Shown here: in pieces, positions 49,190-60,141 of the stretch
How positions within the stretch are numbered: the stretch's first letter is position 1
How the letters are laid out: the number at the start of each line of letters is the position of its first letter
Source: Candidatus Dormiibacterota bacterium
GTDB taxonomy: Bacteria; Chloroflexota; Dormibacteria; Aeolococcales; Aeolococcaceae
DNA: 64,000 nt
Assembly (NCBI GenBank): GCA_963748505.1
Contig: CAVVJH010000016.1
Coordinates: forward strand, 78,292 to 142,291
Reading direction: 5' to 3'
Program-made: the position numbers and the translations under genes
The notes under the pieces: model-generated
What the model saw: only the letters and a program-made list of their open reading frames with translations
What the model was told of the DNA's origin: nothing
Databases searched by the model: none

Positions 49190-49666
49190 ATGCCCAAGAG
49201 TTATTCCAGCGCTGACCAGGTCATCGATCCGGCCAAGCGCTATACAGCGACCATCGCGACCGACCGCGGCGACATCGTGATCGCCCTTGACCCCAAGCGG
49301 GCGCCGAAATCGGTCAACAACTTCGTGTTCCTCGCCCGCGACGGCTTCTACGACGGCCTCACCTTCCATCGCGTCGTCGATGATTTCGTGATCCAGGGCG
49401 GATGCCCGGAAGGGACCGGCCGCGGGGGTCCCGGTTACAAGTTCGAGGACGAGCCCGTCCAGGGCGAGTACCAGCCCGGCGCCGTCGCCATGGCGAATTC
49501 GGGACCGAACACCAACGGATCGCAGTTCTTCATCTGCACGGTCGACGATCGCCAGAAGCTGACCAAGGCCTACAACCTGTTCGGTCAGGTCACCAAGGGC
49601 ATGGACGTCGTCACCTCGATTCGCAAGGACGATGTGATGAAGTCGGTCACCATCACCGAGGAGTGA
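49190..49666 (+). CDS. ppiA: Cyclophilin-type peptidyl-prolyl cis-trans isomerase
   Basis: FHRVVDDFVIQGGCP.GTGRGGPGY.F.DE...GAVAMANSGPNTNGSQFFI. Confidence 0.9.
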   Translation: MPKSYSSADQVIDPAKRYTATIATDRGDIVIALDPKRAPKSVNNFVFLARDGFYDGLTFHRVVDDFVIQGGCPEGTGRGGPGYKFEDEPVQGEYQPGAVAMANSGPNTNGSQFFICTVDDRQKLTKAYNLFGQVTKGMDVVTSIRKDDVMKSVTITEE

Positions 49667-50533
49667 TGGCGGACTCCCAACTTCGTCTGATGGCAGTGCA
49701 TGCGCACTGCGACGACGAGACCATCACGATGGGCGGCACGCTCGCCACATACGCCGACCGCGGCGTGAAAACCTGCGTCGTGTGCTGCACCGACGGGAAG
49801 CTGGCGACCATCGTCGACCCGGACATGCCCGAAGAGACGACCCGCCCGCACCTGCGCGAGATTCGCGAGGCCGAGTTGCGCGAGGCGTGCCGGATTCTCA
49901 AGGTCGATGACGTCGAGTTCCTGCGCTACGGCGACTCGGGAATGGCCGGCGCCGACACCAACCAGCTCCCCGACGCCTTCTGGATGGCTTCCATGGATGA
50001 GGCGGTCGGCAAGGTCGTCGCCCAGATCCGTCGCTTCCGTCCCCACGTTGTAGTCACCTATGACGGTAACGGCGGATACGGTCACCCGGACCACATCCAG
50101 ACCCACCGCGCGACGGTGCTCGCGGTCGAGGCGGCGCATCTCCTGCCGATGTACAAGGATGCCGGAGCCCCCTGGAGAGTTCGAAAAGCTCTACTACACG
50201 GCCTTTCCCAAGGCCGAGTTCGTACGTATGGTCGAGATGGCCAAGGCAGCGGGGTTGGAGCCGCCATTCGGCGAGGAGGATCCCGAGAACATGGAATTCC
50301 TCACGCCCGACGAATACGTGACCACGAGCGTCGACACCGTGTCGGTGATCGACCGCAAACGCGAGGCGTTACGCGCACACAAGAGTCAGATCTCGGCGGA
50401 CTGGCCGCAATTGACGATGCCTGACGAGGCGCTCAAGGCGTTCGCCAACGAGCACTATCAACTCGTGATGTCGCGCACACCGGCCGTGCTGCCGGAGACG
50501 GATCTCTTCGCAGGGGTTACTTCGAAGTCGTAG
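49666..50533 (+). CDS. PIG-L family deacetylase (MshB/Mca-like, mycothiol-associated); frame break near 50160
   Basis: LMAVHAHCDDETITMGGTL...GYGHPDHIQTH. The C-terminal half is in ORF 50060..50533. Composite length is 3n+1. Confidence 0.75.
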
Positions 50534-50570
50534 CCGGGCCCTTCTCGTTCGCTCCGTTCCGCATGCAGCG

Positions 50571-50693
50571 GCAGGGGGGATGGCGCCACGGGCTCTCTTG
50601 CTCAGCTGTTCGCTCGCTCGTTCGCGCAAGCCAAGTATCGCACTCTCTCGCTCGCTCTCAATTCGCAGAGAGCCCGTGTCACCACCCCCCTGC
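50571..50693 (+). repeat. Hairpin element copy D (most divergent)
   Basis: Arms GCAGGGGGGATGGCGCCACGGGCTCT / GAGAGCCCGTGTCACCACCCCCCTGC. Core GTTCGCTCGCTCGTTCGCGCAAGCCAAGTATCGCACTCTCTCGCTCGCTCTCAATTCGCA. It lies between convergent genes. Confidence 0.75.
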
Positions 50694-50778
50694 TGCTTTC
50701 TTGTTCGCGCTCACTCGGGGCCGTCTCTGCCTCGCTCCGTTGGGCCAGGTGTCCTGGCGCGTTGTCGACCTTCGTGAG

Positions 50779-51951
50779 CTAGCTGCGCTCCAGCACCATT
50801 GCGATGCCCTGGCCGCCGCCGATGCAGAGTGCGGCGACGCCGAGATGCGAGTTGCGTTTCTGCATCTCGTAGAGAAGCGTCACGAGGATTCGCGTGCCGC
50901 TCGCACCGATGGGGTGGCCGATCGCGATTGCTCCACCGTTGACGTTGAGACGGTCTTCGGGGACGGCGAGTTCGCGGCCGACGGCAACCGCTTGCGCGGC
51001 GAAGGCTTCGTTCAGCTCGAAGAGGTCGATGTCGCGGAGGCCGAGACCGGCTTTCTGAAGCGCGGAGCGCACCGCAGGCACGGGGCCCATTCCCATGATT
51101 CGGGGCGCGACACCTGCGCTCGAATAGGCTCGGATGCGCGCGAGCGGCGTGCGCTGCTCGGCCTTCGCCCGCGAGGCGCTCATGACCACGACCGCGGCTG
51201 CGCCATCGTTGATGCCGCTCGCGTTACCGGCAGTGACGGAGCCGTCCTTTGCAAAGGCGGCTCGCAGCGCCGCAAGCGACTCGGCTGTTATGCCGGGGCG
51301 GGGATGCTCGTCGGTGTCGATGAGAACGGTTTCCTTCTTGCGCTGCACGGGCACGGCGATGATCTCGTCGGTGAAACGGCCGCTCTGCATTGCAGCTTCG
51401 GCTTTCTGCTGCGAAGCGGCGGCGAATGCGTCCTGGTCCTCGCGGCTGACCTCGTACTCGCGCGCGATGTTCTCGGCGGTGGTGCCCATGTGACAGTCGT
51501 CGAATGCGCACCAGAGCCCGTCGCGAATCATCTCGTCGACCAGTTGCCCGTGGCCGAGTCGGTAGCCGTAGCGCCCGTTCTCCATCAGGTACGGCGCTCG
51601 CGACATGTTCTCCATGCCACCGGCAACGAGACACTCGGCGTCACCGGCACGGATTGCCTGCGCGGCGAGTGCGACTGTCTTGAGACCGCTGCCGCAGACC
51701 TTGTTGATGGTGGTCGACGGGACGCTCTCAGCGAGCCCAGCGCCGATTGCGGACTGACGCGCGGGGTTCTGGCCGAGACCTGCCTGGAGCACGTTGCCCA
51801 TCAGGACTTCATCGACCGTGTCGATACCTGCGCGGCGCAGCGCTTCTTCCACGGCGATCGATCCAAGTCGGGTCGCCGGAACATCGGTGAACACACCACC
51901 GAACGTTCCCACGGCAGTGCGCGCGGCACTGACGATGACCGCATCTTCCAT
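50779..51951 (-). CDS. Acetyl-CoA C-acetyltransferase (thiolase II)
   Basis: [15 protein letters not shown] (ATG 51951), active-site NKVCGSGLK, and the C-terminal [15 protein letters not shown] and CIGGGQG. Confidence 0.9.
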   Translation of the reverse strand: MEDAVIVSAARTAVGTFGGVFTDVPATRLGSIAVEEALRRAGIDTVDEVLMGNVLQAGLGQNPARQSAIGAGLAESVPSTTINKVCGSGLKTVALAAQAIRAGDAECLVAGGMENMSRAPYLMENGRYGYRLGHGQLVDEMIRDGLWCAFDDCHMGTTAENIAREYEVSREDQDAFAAASQQKAEAAMQSGRFTDEIIAVPVQRKKETVLIDTDEHPRPGITAESLAALRAAFAKDGSVTAGNASGINDGAAAVVVMSASRAKAEQRTPLARIRAYSSAGVAPRIMGMGPVPAVRSALQKAGLGLRDIDLFELNEAFAAQAVAVGRELAVPEDRLNVNGGAIAIGHPIGASGTRILVTLLYEMQKRNSHLGVAALCIGGGQGIAMVLERS

Positions 51952-51961
51952 GCCGATCACT

Positions 51962-52922
51962 CTACCCAGCGCTTTCAGACGGAAACGTGGGGCTGCCGCC
52001 GAACGAGGCCGCATAGCGCGCGCTGAAGGACTCGCGGTTGTAGCGGTGGTGCTGCGGGCCGCGCTGCTCGACCACGTATGAAGCCGCGAGCGATCCCATC
52101 CGCCCGGCGACGCCCACCGAGGCGCCGGCGCGCAGGCCCGTGACCAGACCCGCGATGTACGCGTCTCCCGCACCCGTGGGGTCGACCGCGGCCTCGATGT
52201 CCGCCGGTGGAATCGTGGTGAGTTCCGTCGGGGGTATGGATCTCGCTGCCTGCGGACCCGCGGGTCACCGCCACCATGCGTCCCCGGCTCAGGTCGCCAA
52301 TCGAGAGCCCCGTCCGCTCTCGGATCATCTCCAGCTCGTAGTCGTTCCCGGACACCAGCCATGCCTGCTCGAGGCCCCGACGCAACACGTCGTCGGGCAT
52401 CGCGGGAATCTGCTGGGCGGGAGCGAACACCAGGCGAGCGCCCAGAGCGTCCGCCTGTTCGATGTGCAGTGCCATCGCGGCAGCGTCGTCGGCGCCGACG
52501 ACGACCTCCGACACATCCCGCAGCCCGCTGAGGTCGACACCTGCGGCGCGGGTCATCGCACCCGGGTAGAAGGCGGTGATCTGGTTGCCGTCCGCATCGG
52601 TCGTGATGAAGGCGGTCGCGGTGCCGATGCCCTCGCAGTGGAGCACGCCCGAGATGTCCACACCCTCCGCTTCGAGTGCCGCCGCGTAGTCGCCGAAATC
52701 GGCTGCCCCGGCGGCGGCACACAGCAGCGGCCGCTCGCCCAGCAGGGCCATCGAGAAGGCGATGTTGGTGGCGGTGCCCCCCCGGCGTTGCTCGAGGCGG
52801 TCGATCAGGAAGGCGACGTTCAACTCGCGGGTCTTCTCAGGGAGGATGTGGTCGCCGAATCGACCCCCGAACACCATGAGGGTGTCGTAGGCAGCGGATC
52901 CGGTGACCGCGATTCGTCCCAC
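51962..52922 (-). CDS. PfkB-family carbohydrate/nucleoside kinase; frame break near 52222
   Basis: [11 protein letters not shown]...GGTATNIA. The signature [14 protein letters not shown] appears only after shifting frame at ...[19 protein letters not shown]. Composite length is 3n+1. Confidence 0.75.
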
Positions 52923-52983
52923 AGCCGGGGCAGGATAGCCAGCGCGGCGTGCCCGGCGCACCGGCAGCGGCGACAATGGCGCG

Positions 52984-54735
52984 ATGGCGCTGCATGAGCT
53001 GGGGAGCGGGGCGACCCCCGAGACCCCGGTCTCCGGCCTCACCCGATCGCAACCGGGAGCCGAGGCGACGGCGCTGGTGGACGCGGTCGAGGTCTACCAC
53101 CGGACCTACACGACAATCCTTCGAAGCAGCGGTGAGACCCAGCTCAAAGTGTTCGAGCACTCCCACAAGGCGATGGGGTCGAGCCTGCATCCGCTCGCCG
53201 GCTCGGTGCAGCTCGACCTCGGCGCCCTCCTCTACGCGATCCGTCGGCTCCCCGACGCAATCTTTCGAGCCCGTCTCGTGGTCATGGGCCAATCCGCCGA
53301 GGTGTTCGCGCAGCGCGGTTTCCCACCGTTCGCCGACTGGACCGAGGTCAACGCGCCCGGCCGCCGGCGGCGCTGGTACGACGACGGTGCCGGGACCCTC
53401 GCGGTGCTCATCGCGAGCGCTTCCGACGTCGACGATCTGATCCCCACCATGGTCGCCCTGCAGATCGAGCTGAAGAAGTTGCGGGTGGCGCTCACCGGGT
53501 CAGGCCTCGTGGACATCGACCAGGCGACACCGGCGGACATCGCGACCGCATGTGGCGGGCTCGAGGACGACTGGCTGCAGTTGCACGAGATCTGGGGCGT
53601 CGGGTTCGGTCCGCGGCTCGCCGCGATCGCCGAGACCGCCATGGAGTTGCGGATTCGCATGCTCGGTGGGACGCAGGTCGGCTACGCCCGGGTGACCCGC
53701 AGGTGGTGGCAGCAGGTCACCGGCCTGATGCGCTCGGAGTCGCTCCTCGACCGCCCGGTGTACTTCGTCAGCAGCAATTCGCACGCGATCGCCAACCTGG
53801 TCACCGGGGTCGCGCCGCGTCACGCGGAGGAGCTGGCCGTGGCCGTGGAATCCGAGGGCACCACCGAGCTTCGCGAGGAGCTGCAGCGCTTCCGCGAGGG
53901 CACGGCACTCGGCCACTGGAACAACTTTCTCTATTACGCGGCGCGCGAACGTCTGCGCCTCGTCCCCGATTCGGAGCGAGCCGCGCTACGGCGTGAGGAG
54001 CGCGAGGCGGGCGCACTCAGCGTCACCAGCCGCACCGCACTCGATGTCGCTGCCCAGGTCATCCCGCTGGACCGCCTCACGCCGGCGCACTTTGACGAAC
54101 GAGTGCTCCCGGTCGATCCGGCGGCACTCGCCGCCAGCCGCGCGGTGATCGTGAACATCGATTACCCGCTCGGTCTGGCCGCCTACAACATCCTCCGTGA
54201 GGTCGCGGAGACCGTCGACCTGCGTGGCGTCTACGTGCTCGGCAAAGCGGCGACGCTGAACGCCGATGTCGGCGACGTGATGATCAGCAGCGTGGTGCAT
54301 GACGAGCACAGCAGGTCGACGTACTGGCTCGACAACGCGTTCTCGGTGTCCGATATCGCTCCCTATCTGCGTTTCGGCAGCGGCCTCGACAACCAGCGGG
54401 CGGTGAGCGTCAAGGGCACCTTTCTCCAGAACCGCGGGTATCTCGACTTCTATTATCGCGAGGCCTTCACCGTGGTCGAGATGGAGGCTGGTCCATACTG
54501 CAACGCCGTGTACGAAATGACCCAGCCCGCCCGCTACCCGACCGGCGATCCTGTCAACTTCTCCAAGTTGCCGATCGATTTCGGGGTCATCCACTACGCA
54601 TCCGACACGCCCTACACACAGGCGCGGACGCTCGGAGCGCGCGGCTTGTCGTATTTCGGCATGGACTCGACCTACGCGTCGTCAGTGGCCATCGTGCGGC
54701 GCATCGTCGCCCGCGAGGGTGCGACAGGCCGGTAG
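52984..54735 (+). CDS. Conserved hypothetical protein with C-terminal nucleoside-phosphorylase-like (PNP_UDP-type) region
   Basis: 583-aa clean ORF. The C-terminal NIDYPLGLAAYNIL...VLGKAATLN...FTVVEMEAGPY resembles the phosphorylase fold. The N-terminal ~350 aa has no motif I recognise. Confidence 0.45.
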   Translation: MALHELGSGATPETPVSGLTRSQPGAEATALVDAVEVYHRTYTTILRSSGETQLKVFEHSHKAMGSSLHPLAGSVQLDLGALLYAIRRLPDAIFRARLVVMGQSAEVFAQRGFPPFADWTEVNAPGRRRRWYDDGAGTLAVLIASASDVDDLIPTMVALQIELKKLRVALTGSGLVDIDQATPADIATACGGLEDDWLQLHEIWGVGFGPRLAAIAETAMELRIRMLGGTQVGYARVTRRWWQQVTGLMRSESLLDRPVYFVSSNSHAIANLVTGVAPRHAEELAVAVESEGTTELREELQRFREGTALGHWNNFLYYAARERLRLVPDSERAALRREEREAGALSVTSRTALDVAAQVIPLDRLTPAHFDERVLPVDPAALAASRAVIVNIDYPLGLAAYNILREVAETVDLRGVYVLGKAATLNADVGDVMISSVVHDEHSRSTYWLDNAFSVSDIAPYLRFGSGLDNQRAVSVKGTFLQNRGYLDFYYREAFTVVEMEAGPYCNAVYEMTQPARYPTGDPVNFSKLPIDFGVIHYASDTPYTQARTLGARGLSYFGMDSTYASSVAIVRRIVAREGATGR

Positions 54736-54738
54736 CCG

Positions 54739-56373
54739 TTGTCCCTGGTCAGCCTTCGCGACGTCGGGGTCGCCTTCGGTGCAGTGTCAGTGCTCCAGGG
54801 TGTCACGTTCCGTGTCGAGACACGCCAGCGCATTGCCGTGGTCGGTGCCAACGGGGCGGGCAAGACAACCTTGCTGTCGCTCATCAATGGCGCACGCGAA
54901 CCCACTGAGGGCGAGGTGGAATGGCAGCGCGGCATCCGCATCGGATATCTGCCGCAGGATGCGCCGGAGCCGGTTGCCGAGACCATCCTCGATGAGGTCA
55001 TGGCCTCGCGCGAGGACCTCGCCGCGATGCACCTCGAGATGACCCGTCTCGAGCCGTTGCTCGCCGACAGCGCGCGTCCCGACGCGCAGGCGTTGCTGCT
55101 GCAGTACGGCGACATCCAGCACCGCTACATCGACCAGGGCGGCTACGAGTTGGAGGCAACCGCTCGCGAGGCGCTCGGTGGACTCGGCCTCGATACCGAG
55201 ACGCAGCAACGGCATCCCTCGCAGCTGAGCGGCGGCCAGAAGCGACGCCTCGAGCTCGCGAAGCTCCTGGTGCAGGACGCCGACCTGCTGCTCATCGACG
55301 AGCCGACCAACCACCTCGACCTCACGGCTATCGAGTGGCTGGAGGATTTCATGCGCGGCGTGTCGACCGCCTTCGTGCTGGTCTCGCACGACCGGCGATT
55401 CCTGGACAACGTGTGCACGCAGGTGATCGAGGTCGCCGGCGGCACCATCGAGGAATATCCCGGGAACTACACGCAGTACACCAAGCTCCGTGTCGAACGC
55501 CGTGAGCGCCGGCGCCGCGAGTTCGCTGCGCAGAAAGCCTACATCGACCACCAGGAAGAGTTCATCCGCAAGTACAAGGCCGGGCAGCGCGCGCGTGAGG
55601 CTCGCGGGCGTCAGACCCGTCTCGACCGGCTCGACCGCGTGGCACCGCCGACGGTGGACCGCAAGCCCCGGTTGAAGTTCAGCAGCGCACCCGCGTCGCG
55701 CGTGACCTTGAAGGGAGTCAATCTCATCATCGGCAGGGACGCGCCGCTGCTGCTCGTGCCGCCGTTGACGATCGTTCCGGGTGAGCGCATCGCGGTGATC
55801 GGCGCCAACGGCAGCGGCAAGTCGACGCTGCTGCACACGCTTGCCGGTGATCTCCCGCCGCTCGACGGGACGTTGACCCTCGGTCCGCGCAGTGTGCGCC
55901 GTCTCTACCGCCAGGACCTCGGTCAGTCCACCGAACACGGCGCAGCCGACGTTCCGGCCGGCGACGACGAGCGCACCGTGCTCGCGGATCTGCTGGCAAC
56001 GCACCCCGTCGGCGAGGAACGCGCACGCACGCTGCTCGGTTCACTGCTCTTCAGCGGCGACGACACGCTCAAGCTGGTTGGTGATTTGAGTGGTGGCGAA
56101 CGGGCACGGCTGATGATGGGCAAGCTCGCGATCGAGGAAACCAACCTCCTGTTGCTCGACGAGCCCACCAACCACCTCGATATCCCCGCCCAGGAGGTGC
56201 TCGAGGCGGCGCTCGTGAAATATCCGGGGGCGATGGTGCTCGTGACCCATGACCGGGCGCTCATCGACGCCGTGGCCACGCGCACCTGGGCCATCGAAGA
56301 CGGCGGCATCCGCGAGGTGCTCGGCGGCTACACCGAGCTGCTCAAGGCGCGGGATCGCGAACGCCGCCGGTGA
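54739..56373 (+). CDS. ABC-F family ATPase (two ABC cassettes, no TM domain)
   Basis: GANGAGKTT / LSGGQKRRLELA / LLLIDEPTNHLD, then GANGSGKST / LSGGERARLMMG / LLLLDEPTNHLD. Confidence 0.9.
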   Translation: MSLVSLRDVGVAFGAVSVLQGVTFRVETRQRIAVVGANGAGKTTLLSLINGAREPTEGEVEWQRGIRIGYLPQDAPEPVAETILDEVMASREDLAAMHLEMTRLEPLLADSARPDAQALLLQYGDIQHRYIDQGGYELEATAREALGGLGLDTETQQRHPSQLSGGQKRRLELAKLLVQDADLLLIDEPTNHLDLTAIEWLEDFMRGVSTAFVLVSHDRRFLDNVCTQVIEVAGGTIEEYPGNYTQYTKLRVERRERRRREFAAQKAYIDHQEEFIRKYKAGQRAREARGRQTRLDRLDRVAPPTVDRKPRLKFSSAPASRVTLKGVNLIIGRDAPLLLVPPLTIVPGERIAVIGANGSGKSTLLHTLAGDLPPLDGTLTLGPRSVRRLYRQDLGQSTEHGAADVPAGDDERTVLADLLATHPVGEERARTLLGSLLFSGDDTLKLVGDLSGGERARLMMGKLAIEETNLLLLDEPTNHLDIPAQEVLEAALVKYPGAMVLVTHDRALIDAVATRTWAIEDGGIREVLGGYTELLKARDRERRR

Positions 56374-57290
56374 GCGTCGCGGTGGCACGCTCGCGTACGC
56401 CATCGCCCGGGTGGGCGCTGGTCGCCGCCACCATCGCCGTCTCCTTCTCGGCGATTCTCATCAAGGCGGCCGACGACGATCCGGCGACAATCGTCTGGCT
56501 GCGCATGGGCATGGCCGCGGTGCTGCTGCTTCCCTGGGTCATCCGCGATGGGCGCCTTGGCGTCCTCCCGAAGGCACCCCGTCAGCTCGTGATGGTGGTC
56601 TCCAGTGGTGCGTTGCTGGCCGGACACTTCCTGCTCTGGACCGCCTCGCTGCAGTACACGTCGGTGGCGGCCAGCGTCTTCCTCGTGTCGCTGCACCCCG
56701 TGATCGTCACGCCACTCGGCAAACGCCTGCTGGGAGAACGGGTTTCTCGCCAGATGCTCGCGGGTGGCGCGCTTGCGATCATCGGCATGCTGGTCACCTG
56801 CGCCGGGGATCTGCGGGTCGACAGCACCGCGTTCGGCGGTGATCTGCTCGCCATCGCGGGCGGCTTGTGTCTCGCCGGCTACCTGCTCATCGGCCGGAGC
56901 GTGCGCGGCAACCTCGGCGTCGCCGGCTATTCGGCGATCGTGTACGCGGTCGTCTGCGTCATCGCAGCCGCGACGGCACTGGCCGGCGGTGTCGCGCATC
57001 TCCCCTCGCCGCGCGTAGCGCTTGCGTGCCTCGGGCTCGCGGTCGTCTGCACGATCGGAGGCCATACCGTCTACAACTGGGCGTTGCGCCATGTACCCGT
57101 GCTTCTCGTCTCGGTGTCCTTTCTCGGCGAGCCACCGCTCACGGCGGTGCTCGCCCTGGTCATCCTCGGCGCGGTGCCGTCGCCGGCGACCGACGCCGGT
57201 GGTGTGTTGATTCTCGCCGGGCTCGCACTCGCGCTCATGGAGCCTGGCGCGCGCTCGGGCCGTCCACGCGACATCGCGATCGCCCAGTGA
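56370..57290 (+). CDS. EamA/DMT-family transporter
   Basis: Ten hydrophobic segments in a duplicated EamA layout. Confidence 0.75.
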   Translation: MSVAVARSRTPSPGWALVAATIAVSFSAILIKAADDDPATIVWLRMGMAAVLLLPWVIRDGRLGVLPKAPRQLVMVVSSGALLAGHFLLWTASLQYTSVAASVFLVSLHPVIVTPLGKRLLGERVSRQMLAGGALAIIGMLVTCAGDLRVDSTAFGGDLLAIAGGLCLAGYLLIGRSVRGNLGVAGYSAIVYAVVCVIAAATALAGGVAHLPSPRVALACLGLAVVCTIGGHTVYNWALRHVPVLLVSVSFLGEPPLTAVLALVILGAVPSPATDAGGVLILAGLALALMEPGARSGRPRDIAIAQ

Positions 57291-58257
57291 CACTCCCCGC
57301 CTGCGGCCATTCCAGCGCGGTGACCGCACGACTCTTCGACGCTCAGGATCCGACGACCGGCGATGGCTTCGCGATCATGCGCTGCGGCGAATGCTCCCTG
57401 GCGCAGACGGTTCCCGCCCCCTCGGCGACGGAGCTGGATCACTACTATCCCCGCGGATATCACAGCACCACCAAGCGCTATCGCGGCGGGATCGACCGCG
57501 TGCTCGGTGTGGTGCATCGCAGCAGGATTCGCACGCTCGAGCGGCTGTCCGGCGGTCCCGGGAGCGTGCTCGACATCGGCTGCGGCCCAGGTGTGCTCAT
57601 CAACCAGATGCGCGCACGCGGCTGGCAGGTCAAGGGCACCGAGCGCTCACCGTCGGCCGCGCAGCAGGCACGAGACGTCTTCCATCTCGATGTCAGCGCA
57701 GTCGACGTCAATGAGCTGGCCGCTTCCGGAGCGACCTTCGATGTGGTGGTGCTCTGGCATGTCGCAGAGCACCTCGGGAGACCCGCGGATGTCATGCGCG
57801 GCATCGCACGTCTGCTCCGTCCGGGCGGCATCCTGCTGGTCGCCGTTCCGAACTTCGCGTCCCCGAAGCACGCGTCGGCCGCGCCGGATGGTTCCACCTC
57901 GACGTGCCGCGGCATCTGGTGCACTTCACGCCGTCCACGCTCACCGCGATGCTGCACGAGGCCGGATTCCGGCCGGTGAAGGTCACGCACCTCGTCCCGG
58001 AGTACGACCTGTTCAGCTTTGTCCAGACGGTCGAGAACCGCCTTGGACTACCACCGAATCTGCTCTACGACGTGCTGCGCAGACCGGAGGCGCGACTGCG
58101 GCGGCACCCGCATGGCCATTTCCTGGCAGGCGTCGCGGTCACGCTTGCGGTGCCGCTGAGCCTCGCCGCGGCCGCACTGGCGCCGCTTGCGGCAGCGACG
58201 CGGCGCAGCGCGACCATCGCTGTCTACGCAGTGCGGAGCCCCGATCAGCGCGCGTAA
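57287..58257 (+). CDS. Class I SAM-dependent methyltransferase with N-terminal Zn-ribbon-like CxxC pair; frame break at the C-run near 57862
   Basis: CGHS...CGECS, SAM motif VLDIGCGPG, LRPGGILLVAVPNFAS. Adding one C gives PEARVGRAGWFHLDVPRHLVHFT (ORF 57904..58257). GTG 57287 overlaps the EamA stop. Confidence 0.75.
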
Positions 58258-59033
58258 CGGCGCGAGCGCAGACCCATCCGGTGGAGCACGTAGCGGTTGA
58301 CCGTCCACACCGTCTTCAGCCCGTAGATCAAGGAGACGCGGAAGTTCACGGATGAGGCGTCGTCGAAATAGCGTGTGGTGACCGGCACTTCGGCCACCGT
58401 GAACTTGAACGATGCGGCCTGCGTCAGGATCTGCGTGTCGAACACGAAGTCATTCGAATTGCGCAGGAACGGCACCGTGGTGAGGAACTTGCGACTGTAG
58501 GCGCGATACCCGGTGTGATATTCCGAAAGCCCGAGACCGAGGATGCGGTTCTCGTAGCCGGTGAGGAATCGGTTCGCCAGACGCTTCCACCACGGCATGC
58601 CGCCGGCGCGCGCGCCGCCCCGCTTGAGGAATCGCGACCCGAGCACCACGTCGGCCTTCCCACTGCGGATCACCTCGACCATGTCGTCGAGAATCGCCGG
58701 GTCGTACTGGCCGTCGGGATGCAGCATCACGATGACGTCGGCACCGTCGCGAAGCGCCTCGATGTAGCAGGTCTTCTGGTTGGCCCCGTATCCCGCGTTG
58801 TGCGGATGCGAGATGACCACGAGGTCGAGCGACACGGCCAACGCCGCGGTCCCGTCGCCGCTGGCATCATCGACCAGGATGATCGTGTCGACGACGCCCG
58901 GCGGAATGCGCGACAGCGTGGTTTCGAGCGTCTTTGCCGCGTTGTACGCAGGCATCACGACAACGGTTCGCAAGGCCTCGATCGAACCCCTGCCGGTGAC
59001 AGCGGTGCGCTGCTTCTGGGCCGTGTCTGGCAA
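58245..59033 (-). CDS. Family-2 glycosyltransferase (polyprenyl-phosphate sugar synthase-like)
   Basis: VVMPAYNAAKTLE...ILVDDASGDGT...NAGYGANQK...MLHPDGQYDP. Confidence 0.8.
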   Translation of the reverse strand: MPDTAQKQRTAVTGRGSIEALRTVVVMPAYNAAKTLETTLSRIPPGVVDTIILVDDASGDGTAALAVSLDLVVISHPHNAGYGANQKTCYIEALRDGADVIVMLHPDGQYDPAILDDMVEVIRSGKADVVLGSRFLKRGGARAGGMPWWKRLANRFLTGYENRILGLGLSEYHTGYRAYSRKFLTTVPFLRNSNDFVFDTQILTQAASFKFTVAEVPVTTRYFDDASSVNFRVSLIYGLKTVWTVNRYVLHRMGLRSRRYAR

Positions 59034-59134
59034 CTGGTTTCATCCCAGGAGATCACCACCAACGCTGTGCTGGCGCGTTTGACCTCTTTCAACACTCGAT
59101 GATAGCGCATCGGCGCCACCCCTTTTTCGGGCTA

Positions 59135-60140
59135 TCAGGCCTGCAGCGGCTTGTAGTTCCGCTGGTAGAACTCCCAGAACTCGCCGGACTTCAGTGGCCG
59201 CCACCAATCCTCGTGCTCGACAAACCAGGCGACGGTCTTCGACATCCCGATTTCGAAGGGCACCTCGGGACGCCAGCCGAGCTCACGCAGACGCGTCGAA
59301 TCGACCGCGTAGCGACGGTCATGACCGAGCCGGTCCTTCACGAACTGCTTGAGCTCGCTCGGCTTGCCGAGGAGTCGCAGCACGGTGTCGGCGACCGTGA
59401 CCCCGTTGGTCTCGCCGCCGGCGCCAATGTTGTAGTCCATGCCGGCAGTGCCATTGCGCAGCGCGCAGTCGATGCCGCGCACATGATCTTCGACGAACAG
59501 GTAGTCACGCACCGCACCACCGTCACCATAGATCGGCAGCGGCAGATCGTCGATGGCGTTGGTGATGAAGAGCGGGATGATCTTCTCGGGATACTGATAC
59601 GGGCCGTAGGTGTTCGAGCCACGGGTGACGATGGCTGGAAACCCATAGGACGTGCGATACGCCTGGACCTGCAACTCTCCGCCGGCCTTGCTCGCGCTGT
59701 ACGGGCTGCGCGGCTGGAGTGGGTCACCCTCGACGCTGCGGCCGTGCGCCACATCGCCGTACACCTCATCGGTGCTCACCTGGACGAAGCGCTCGTGCCG
59801 GTTCGCCCGCGCCGCGTCCATGAGCACGAAGGTGCCGAAGACGTCGGTGAGGATGAACTGTCCCGGTGCCTCGAGCGAGCGATCGACGTGCGACTCCGCA
59901 GCGAAGTTGACGATGACGTCGACGTCCGCGGCAAGCTCGCGCACCGTGCTCCGCATCGCAGATGTCGCCCCGCACAAAGCGGAACCCTGGGTGGTCGCGA
60001 ACCGACTCGAGGTTGCGCTCATTGCCCGCATAGGTGAGCTTGTCGAGCACCACGACCGAATCACCCGGATGCTCGCGCAACGTCATGCGCACGAACTCGC
60101 TGCCGATGAAGCCCGCTCCACCTGTGACCAGCAGGCGCAC
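59135..60140 (-). CDS. rmlB: dTDP-glucose 4,6-dehydratase; frame break near 59950
   Basis: [17 protein letters not shown] (ORF 59766..60140), then [19 protein letters not shown] and [15 protein letters not shown] (ORF 59135..60064). Composite length is 3n+1. Confidence 0.9.
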
Positions 60141-60141
60141 G

